From: Eledone cirrhosa
Taxonomy: Eukaryota
Assembly (NCBI GenBank): GCA_964016885.1
Contig: OZ024743.1
Span: forward strand, 340,690,001-340,754,000
Length of the DNA: 64,000 nucleotides
Direction of reading: 5' to 3'
In this document: in pieces, positions 54,725-64,000 of the stretch
Layout of the letters: each line of letters opens with the position of its first letter
Position numbering within the stretch: position 1 is the first letter of the stretch
Notes under the pieces: model-generated
Seen by the model: only the letters and a program-made list of their open reading frames with translations
What the model was told of the DNA's origin: nothing
Database searches by the model: none
Position numbers and translations under genes: made by a program

Positions 54725-55310
54725 TACATGCCGAAAGTTATTCATGTTATACGTTATTCCACCTGCTGAACGTTATGCATGTTCTACGTTATCCTACGTG
54801 CCGACCGTTATTCAAGCTGTACGTTATCCTACATGCCGACCGTTCTTCATACTTTACGTTATCCTACGTGCCGTCCGTTCTTCATGCTTTACGTTATTCT
54901 ACGTGCCGGCCGTTATTCGTGATCTACGTTATTCTGCCTGCTGAAGGTTATTCATGCTCTACATTATTCTACGTGCTGAAGGTTATTCAAGCTCTACGTT
55001 ATTCTACGTGCCGACCGTTATTCAAGCTCTACGTTATTCGACGTGACGGCCGTTATTCATGCTCTACGATATTCTACGTGTCGGCCGTTATTCATACTTT
55101 ACGTTATTCGACGTGCCGGCTGTTATCCACGCTCTACATTTTTCTACGTGCCGACCGTTATTCATAGTTTACGTTATTCTAAGTGCCGACCGTTATTCAT
55201 ACTTTACGTTAGTCTATGTGCCGGACGTTATTCGTGCTCTACGTTATTTTACGTGTGGAACATTATTCATACTTTACGTTAGTCTACGTGCCGAATGATA
55301 TTCGTACTTC
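54725..55310 (+). repeat. 35-bp minisatellite, ~17 diverged units
   Basis: Unit ACGTGCCGACCGTTATTCATGCTCTACGTTATTCT. Confidence 0.9.
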
Positions 55311-55784
55311 AATGGTTTCTTAATCAGTTTTCAATTATTAACTACATCTTCTAAACAAAACAAAACAAAATATCAAACGACTTAAATTAAATGAAATTAA
55401 GTCAAATTAGATTAAATAAAATAAAATTCACTTGAATTGTTTTAGAGTAACGTAAATATCTAGACAACTGCTGATATTGATTAGTTGAATATTCAAATAT
55501 CTTTTCATGCAATACAAATATAATGAAGAGAAGGGAAATCACTTAACTTTGCTCTGAATTTTTATCAACAATTTATAGAACTCTCTTCACTGGCTACCCC
55601 TCAGCATGAGGTTGATTATACCTAGTATGGAATTTCACATTGACTATGGTATGAACAATGACTACAAATCCGTTTGATATACATTTTAATTGCTTCCGAG
55701 GAGAATATAATTTAATAAAAAAAATTTAATTCAAAACTAAAATACTTCTATAAAAGTCTAGAAATTAAATAGTTATATATATAG

Positions 55785-56400
55785 ACAGTTCAAGAGTAAA
55801 CCAATCTTAAATAGAGAGATAGTCGTAGGATAGGAGAGATTGGTGAAGGTATTAGAAGCCAAAGCTAAGAAGCGGGTGCTCGATGTGCATTATGCAGTGG
55901 AAAGCAGTTGGAAAACTGGGTTCATGCGGAGGTTGGGTGTAAAGAGCTGGAAATATTCAGTAGTTAAGCAAATCAAGACCACAAGCTCACATAGAAGACA
56001 TTAGTCGAAGAGTATCAGCATTAAATGCATTTAATATAAAAAAGAGGATAAAGTGTCAGTTTACAATTGTTTCACTACTCCATATAATGTTTCTGGATCC
56101 ATCGATAGTAATATAGTTATTGATTTGGTGCAGAGAAAGATAATTAACATAAAATAATATTATGGAGCAGCTCCTCGGAACTTGAAATTAGATAATGAAA
56201 ATATTAATATGTATAAAGTAGAAATAAAAATAAAATAAAATAAGAGGGTTACGGGTCCGTAAATAATCGTCAGATTAGCAGGTCCCTAGATGGGGTCCCT
56301 TGGCGCTGGAGAACTCAAGTGTATGGTATAAAGAAACATTACATACCTGTCGAGGCTGAACGTAAACAATGCCGCCTATCGCACACCAAGATGGCTTCTT
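55785..56400 (-). mobile_element. 3' end of a PLE related to 43188-43800, with a CCGAGGA-core HHR at 56058-56182
   Basis: Colinear similarity to 43188-43790; AGTT-CCGAGGA-GCTGCTCCAT...ATGGAGTAGT-GAAA-CAATTG-TA-AACT. Confidence 0.75.
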
Positions 56401-56401
56401 G

Positions 56402-56439
<38 letters not shown>

Positions 56440-56496
56440 ATAACTATTTAATTTATATATATAATAAAAAACGAGGAACTTTCGTTTAACTACCTA

Positions 56497-56541
<45 letters not shown>

Positions 56542-56758
56542 ATAAAAAGTTACAGTATCGTAAAAGAGGATAGAAAGAGGAGTTATAAAGAGGTGTGATA
56601 CATAGTATTTCATGCCAAAAGCGGGTGAGTAAATGCTCGATACTTGGGTTATCTGGGTTAAATATTAAAGAAGGTTAATATTTAGTGTATAAGCAGAGCG
56701 GTGATAGGCAAAATAATTAATGGAAGAGTTACAAGCCGTTAAAACATTTCTTTATAAA

Positions 56759-56798
56759 GCTCTTACACATGTTTCGCCTAATGGGGCTCGTCTGAGGC
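56759..56798 (-). ncRNA. Minimal HHR-like motif, CAGACGA (A4) core
   Basis: GCCT-CAGACGA-GCC-CCATTA-GGC-GAAA-CATGTG-TA-AGAGC; bulged stem I. Confidence 0.5.
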
Positions 56799-56844
56799 AG
56801 ATATTAAGGCAAAGTTATTAATGAAATGCCTTATTCGAGTAAAA

Positions 56845-57027
56845 TAATTGTTTCTACTTTAGGCACAAGGCCAGCAATTACCCAGTACATTACTGGTACT
56901 TTATTTTATCGACCCCGTAAGGATGAAAGGCAAAGTTAACCTCGGCGGGATTTGAACTCAGACTGTAAAGGGACGTAACTATGCTAGAAAGCATGGCGTC
57001 CAACCCTCTACCGATACTGCCAATTCA
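56845..57027 (-). mobile_element. SINE
   Basis: Consensus match. Confidence 0.88.
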
Positions 57028-57686
57028 ATAATAATTTAATATCAGAATGCATATTACATATACGTTGTTAAGTATTAAAAAATGGTGGAAAGATATTAGT
57101 ATGCTAAGGGAGGTAATTATAGGTGCTGGTATAATGTTTCTTCTCAAACTAATGACCGCTACCGGCTTAGTAAGAAATGTTATTTATTATTTAAAAGGAA
57201 TGAACGTAAGTAGGGTTAGTCAACTCAATGTAATGAGGCGGTGTTAAGGTGTGAATATGAATTATTAGTAAAGTCATTAAAGACATGGCAAGTTCGGTGT
57301 GAGTTTGAAGGCCTAGAAAGGTAACGTCACTTTAGATAGAATTTGTATATTTATATGATCAGTTGTCTAAGAAATTGTTAGGGTAAAAGCTATAGTTCTG
57401 TAAAATTACCCAAAGATCGGTCTGGCCGTGTGGAAGAATATAGCGGGGTAGGCCCAGCTGAATATATGTAGTGCAGCTTCCTGGAGGAAAAACAGAAGGT
57501 GGATGATGATGTTGTTCCAAGTTGTTTAATGGTAAGTTCACCACCGGTAAGTCAGGCAAGGGTGTGGTGTTGAGAGCATCAGGTGTTATGGTGGTTATGT
57601 AGTTGTTGGGGTCCATCTATAGTAAAATTGTTGCTATATATATATATATATATATATATTTACTGTCTGGAGGTTTTCACAAAGGA

Positions 57687-57813
<127 letters not shown>

Positions 57814-58429
57814 TTGTAATTTTAATTACCTTGTCTGAACTCACATTAATAGTTTAGTGGTTTCTTCGAAATATTCTTAGAAGCTGAGCTTTATCTATCT
57901 CTGTACTAACAAGGTAAGACCTCTCTCAATTCGTGTTAAACTCGAATATAATCCTACGTGACTATAAACTGAGATATATGATAGCCTATTAACATAGAAT
58001 AAGCTGTAATTCTATTACCAGATCGTTACTTAGCCCGATTTCAGCACGAAGTATTGCTGCAGTTATGGATATTATTGTTTTTGTTGATGATGTTATGTTG
58101 TTATTAAGCATTAAATTGGCTCTGATCAATCTCACATATGATCCAAAGTGTTCCAGCCATTACTATCTCATATTTCATTTCAAATATAGATAGTATATAG
58201 GTCTACGTCAGCTAATACGTTCTTCATAGTAGTTGCTTTGACCCGAATCAGCACAATTCAGAGGGTTCCTACCATCACTAATTTATCTTTTCTTTCAGAC
58301 ATAATGTATGTAGGACGACATTAGTTTATGTGCTCTTCCTTATTGAGTTTGGCCCGGGTAAGCTGTTGGCACGAATACCGAATTGAAGATAGCGAGTTTA
58401 GCTTTTACACCTGCCTCCCTTCTGATTAT

Positions 58430-58795
58430 CGGCTGGAATTTGCGGACGACATGGTACTACTTAATTCGCCAGTACGTGATCTCCGACATGCACTTGATAG
58501 GTTTGATGCTGTGTGCTGCACGGCAGGAATGAAAATCTGTGTTGCGAAGACGGAGACAATTGTCCTCTCAAGAACCTTGCGCAGTGCACTCTACGTGTGA
58601 GTGGAGTTCCACTGAAGCAGGTGGAACATTTCAAATATATCGATGTCATGTTCACGAATGATGGAAAGCAGGAGAGTGAATTAAGTGCAAGTATTGCAGG
58701 AGCTGGTGTAGTAATGGACCAGTTTCAGCATTCAGTTATCAAAAGAATGTAGGTAGATGTAAAAGCCAAACTCGCTATCTTCAATTTGGTATTCG
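58430..58795 (+). mobile_element. RTE-type RT fragment
   Basis: LEFADDMVLL...GMKICVAKTETIV / LKQVEHFKYI, with a frameshift. Confidence 0.75.
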
Positions 58796-59622
58796 TAAAT
58801 ATATGTTAAAAAGCTAAAAATACATCAAAACCGTTAACTTTCTATGTTTGTCTTTATAGAATTTCACTCACTTTTATTAATTTACTTTGAAGGATTTGTT
58901 TACTGTAATTTATGTTATCTTTGTTTATCGTCATCTTCGCCCTGAACGATTGGACATAACATCAAATGCGTTTTAACTATGACCATCTGTTTTTTAAAGT
59001 GTTTCAAGAGCTAAACTATCCAATGTGTTTTCGCCTTTTCTAATATGATAGAGTATGATTTGAGGCAGATCCGGTTGTAAATGACAATGTAATGTCATTT
59101 TTGCGACTATGAATAGCGAAAAAAAAATCAAAAACTTTTAAAAATTCATCAAAATAATCGAAAACTTATCTGTAAAATGTCATTTATAAATGCACATATC
59201 TTTGTTGGTGATTTGTGTTTTATTAATTTTTAAAGGGATTATGTTTACGTAGGATTTTAGTATTGATTTAGGTTATGGAACAAATTGTTCTCAAATAGAA
59301 TATTTATATATCAGTTTGAAAATATTGTTGCCACATTACAGAATAAATATAATAACTATAATATAGTAGATAATTATATGAGTTGACTAAATAGGGTAAA
59401 GCACCCATCGAGACGGTATAAAATATTTCTATCTCTCATGCTCTCTACCCTCTCTCACTCTCTATATAATATAGATATATATGTATATATGTATGGACCC
59501 GCAACTCCTGCTGGAGTCGTAGTAACGTAGGGCATTTTTTAAAACCTTATAAAACCCATCTCTTTTCCAGGATATATATATATATAAGAAATAAGATTTC
59601 GCTTCAAGCATACCTTTATACA

Positions 59623-59951
59623 AATATGTATAGAAATTTCTTATTTCTAAAGAAAAATGGTTTTAGGAAGCCGTAGCTATGCAAACACCAGGGCTAACGC
59701 CCTGTGGTGGTGTCCAGCAGAAGCAAGAGGGACAACCGTCTATGCATTTCAGGCTTGACTGGCCTTCTTCGGGACGGTCCCTCCCACCGCTTGCGACTGC
59801 TGGACTTGAAAAGGCCAGTCAAACCTGAAATGCATAGACGGTTGTCCCTTTTGCTTCTGCTGGACACCACCAGAGGGCGTTAACCCTGGTGTTTGCATAG
59901 CTACGGCTTCCTAAAACCGTTTTTCTTTAGAAATAGGAAATGTCTATACAT
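59623..59951. mobile_element. Fold-back element with a CCGAAGA-core HHR (59735-59778 minus)
   Basis: ACCGTC-CCGAAGA-AGGC-CAGTCAA-GCCT-GAAA-TGCA-TA-GACGGT; ~140-bp inverted arms between TA tracts. Confidence 0.8.
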
Positions 59952-60061
<110 letters not shown>

Positions 60062-60156
60062 ATATATATATATATGTATGTGTGTATATATATATATATA
60101 CATATGTATGTGTGTATATATATATATATGTATGTGTATATATATATATATATGTG

Positions 60157-60266
<110 letters not shown>

Positions 60267-60571
60267 CATATGTGTATAAACAAAACCAGTAGTCGTCTTT
60301 CTGATGAGTATTGATGATCAAAACAAAGATGACACTGCTGGGAAACGATATGTACCAGGGTAGCACTTTCGTGACTAAATCTCTGACAAAATATACTGGA
60401 CACATTTCAATTAATGTTGAAAATAACCAGGAATCCCCAAATATTCAGGAAACTTACTTTTTCGGTATTAAACTGCCCTGCTTAGAACGTAAAGTAGAAA
60501 TGCAACAAAAACACATGGACACACGCACAGATGCATAAACACACACACACATACACGCATACAAATACAGG

Positions 60572-60603
<32 letters not shown>

Positions 60604-60766
60604 TCCACTCACACAGACACACGTTCATACAGACGCAGGCACACAGACACACGCACACACATACACACACACATATATATCAGACACACACAGACATAGA
60701 GATACCCAAATATAAACACGCACACACACGCTCACACGCACACGCACACGCACACGCACATACACA

Positions 60767-60809
<43 letters not shown>

Positions 60810-61447
60810 AAACGTAGACACTCACATAACTAGAAATAATAGAAAAAAGTCATATACACACACATGCGTGTAGACACACTCACACACACTCATCCGACAC
60901 ACATATGAGAACGCACACACACAATTGTTCGCACTCACATACATAGAAACAACAAAACATCCCCCCACTCACAAATACACATGCGCAAAACTAAGAGATC
61001 ACAGACATACATTCACACATACAGCAGTGTGCACGCACCAACTATGTAAGACTCTGAGACACAGATGTGTTCACACACGCTTAAACTGAAACAACGTACA
61101 TCTACGAATTTCATCCCTTCAGTATATACAGACACCCACACACATGACAACCCTGTACCCTCTACTATGGCCTTCAACCACATTGCCGGACCTTTCGCTT
61201 ACATATCCACCTCCCTACATATCAACCTCCCTACATATCCCTACATATCAACCTCCTCCCAACACCCTTTTCCTATCTTCTTTTCCTAATTTCACACTAC
61301 TTTCATACATCTACCTGTTCTGTCCTTATCCGAACTTTCACGATGAAAAACTTCAGTCCGAATCGTCGAACCCTCCTCCATTTCCTCCAAGCGTGAACCT
61401 AATATAACTGTGTATTTTTGCATTCGTGTTTTTTTTTTGCTTCCGTT

Positions 61448-61518
<71 letters not shown>

Positions 61519-61617
61519 CGTTTTTGAATTTGTTCGCAGCAAACCCGCCCAGAGTATAACAATATATATATATATATTGTTATATATATATATATATATA
61601 ACAATATATATATATAT

Positions 61618-64000
61618 GAATATAGACATAGAATATTCGAAAATATTCTGTATGTTTATAATAAACATTTTGAAGACCTAATCGCTATAGAATAGAATAC
61701 GTCACGTATTACAATTAGATTCTCGATAAAAGCAAGGGAAGTAAGTCTACGCGTTTCATTCTCGTTAGAAATCGTCAGGACTACATATCCAGTGCTTTCA
61801 TCGAGAATGACACAGCTAGAGACTTATAGAATACTTAGCTGTGTACAGGAACTGGTTTGAAAGAGCGGTTGCCGGTCCGGCAGAAATTAGAAATTGGAAT
61901 AAATGCTCTGAAATAGCGATATATATGTGAATATAGACATAGAATATTCGAAAATATTCTGTATGTTTATAATAAACATTTTGAAGACCTAATCGCTATA
62001 GAATAGAATACGTCACGTATTACAATTAGATTCTCGATAAAAGCAAGGGAAGTAAGTCTACGCGTTTCATTCTCGTTAGAAATCGTCAGGACTACATATC
62101 CAGTGCTTTCATCGAGAATGACACAGCTAGAGACTTATAGAATACTTAGCTGTGTACAGGAACTGGTTTGAAAGAGCGGTTGCCGGTCCGGCAGAAATTA
62201 GAAATTGGAATAAATGCTCTGAAATAGCGATATATATGTGAATATAGACATAGAATATTCGAAAATATTCTGTATGTTTATAATAAACATTTTGAAGACC
62301 TAATCGCTATAGAATAGAATACGTCACGTATTACAATTAGATTCTCGATAAAAGCAAGGGAAGTAAGTCTACGCGTTTCATTCTCGTTAGAAATCGTCAG
62401 GACTACATATCCAGTGCTTTCATCGAGAATGACACAGCTAGAGACTTATAGAATACTTAGCTGTGTACAGGAACTGGTTTGAAAGAGCGGTTGCCGGTCC
62501 GGCAGAAATTAGAAATTGGAATAAATGCTCTGAAATAGCGATATATATGTGAATATAGACATAGAATATTCGAAAATATTCTGTATGTTTATAATAAACA
62601 TTTTGAAGACCTAATCGCTATAGAATAGAATACGTCACGTATTACAATTAGATTCTCGATAAAAGCAAGGGAAGTAAGTCTACGCGTTTCATTCTCGTTA
62701 GAAATCGTCAGGACTACATATCCAGTGCTTTCATCGAGAATGACACAGCTAGAGACTTATAGAATACTTAGCTGTGTACAGGAACTGGTTTGAAAGAGCG
62801 GTTGCCGGTCCGGCAGAAATTAGAAATTGGAATAAATGCTCTGAAATAGCGATATATATGTGAATATAGACATAGAATATTCGAAAATATTCTGTATGTT
62901 TATAATAAACATTTTGAAGACCTAATCGCTATAGAATAGAATACGTCACGTATTACAATTAGATTCTCGATAAAAGCAAGGGAAGTAAGTCTACGCGTTT
63001 CATTCTCGTTAGAAATCGTCAGGACTACATATCCAGTGCTTTCATCGAGAATGACACAGCTAGAGACTTATAGAATACTTAGCTGTGTACAGGAACTGGT
63101 TTGAAAGAGCGGTTGCCGGTCCGGCAGAAATTAGAAATTGGAATAAATGCTCTGAAATAGCGATATATATGTGAATATAGACATAGAATATTCGAAAATA
63201 TTCTGTATGTTTATAATAAACATTTTGAAGACCTAATCGCTATAGAATAGAATACGTCACGTATTACAATTAGATTCTCGATAAAAGCAAGGGAAGTAAG
63301 TCTACGCGTTTCATTCTCGTTAGAAATCGTCAGGACTACATATCCAGTGCTTTCATCGAGAATGACACAGCTAGAGACTTATAGAATACTTAGCTGTGTA
63401 CAGGAACTGGTTTGAAAGAGCGGTTGCCGGTCCGGCAGAAATTAGAAATTGGAATAAATGCTCTGAAATAGCGATATATATGTGAATATAGACATAGAAT
63501 ATTCGAAAATATTCTGTATGTTTATAATAAACATTTTGAAGACCTAATCGCTATAGAATAGAATACGTCACGTATTACAATTAGATTCTCGATAAAAGCA
63601 AGGGAAGTAAGTCTACGCGTTTCATTCTCGTTAGAAATCGTCAGGACTACATATCCAGTGCTTTCATCGAGAATGACACAGCTAGAGACTTATAGAATAC
63701 TTAGCTGTGTACAGGAACTGGTTTGAAAGAGCGGTTGCCGGTCCGGCAGAAATTAGAAATTGGAATAAATGCTCTGAAATAGCGATATATATGTGAATAT
63801 AGACATAGAATATTCGAAAATATTCTGTATGTTTATAATAAACATTTTGAAGACCTAATCGCTATAGAATAGAATACGTCACGTATTACAATTAGATTCT
63901 CGATAAAAGCAAGGGAAGTAAGTCTACGCGTTTCATTCTCGTTAGAAATCGTCAGGACTACATATCCAGTGCTTTCATCGAGAATGACACAGCTAGAGAC
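61618..64000 (-). repeat. Tandem array of 311-bp monomers (7.7 copies, runs off the window), one HHR per monomer; retrozyme-like
   Basis: Period 311 (61618, 61929, 62240...); HHRs at 61741-61784 plus n x 311 (8 copies). Confidence 0.92.
61741..61784 (-). ncRNA. Minimal type I HHR, first of 8
   Basis: Minus: GTAGTC-CTGACGA-T-TTCT-AACG-AGAA-T-GAAA-CGCG-TA-GACTTAC; palindromic stem III ACGCGT, GUA site. Confidence 0.85.

Overview
Animal (very probably octopod cephalopod; inferred from MetaSINE-type SINEs and extreme microsatellite load) repeat-dominated DNA with no intact host protein-coding gene. Most short ORFs in the track are microsatellite or antisense artefacts. Real coding content is retroelement-derived. 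It includes one apparently intact Penelope-like element (PLE; RT plus C-terminal GIY-YIG, 718 aa, minus strand) with a 2.2-kb inverted copy of its 3' half, two more truncated and inverted PLEs, and a near-intact Tx1/L1-type ORF2 with three partial relatives, all next to (TATC)n. There are also decayed CR1 and RTE fragments, about 20 SINE copies, a Helentron-type non-autonomous element, and a CacyBP/SIP processed pseudogene fused to a repeat. The main hidden signal, found by manual folding on both strands, is about 35 type I hammerhead-ribozyme (HHR) motifs from many unrelated sequence families. Nearly all point toward an adjacent (TA)n tract and many sit in fold-back insertions. They include a terminal array of 311-bp monomers with one HHR each (retrozyme-like) and recurrent non-canonical catalytic cores (U3-A8; C or A at position 4). 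All folds were done by eye and ribozyme activity is untested.
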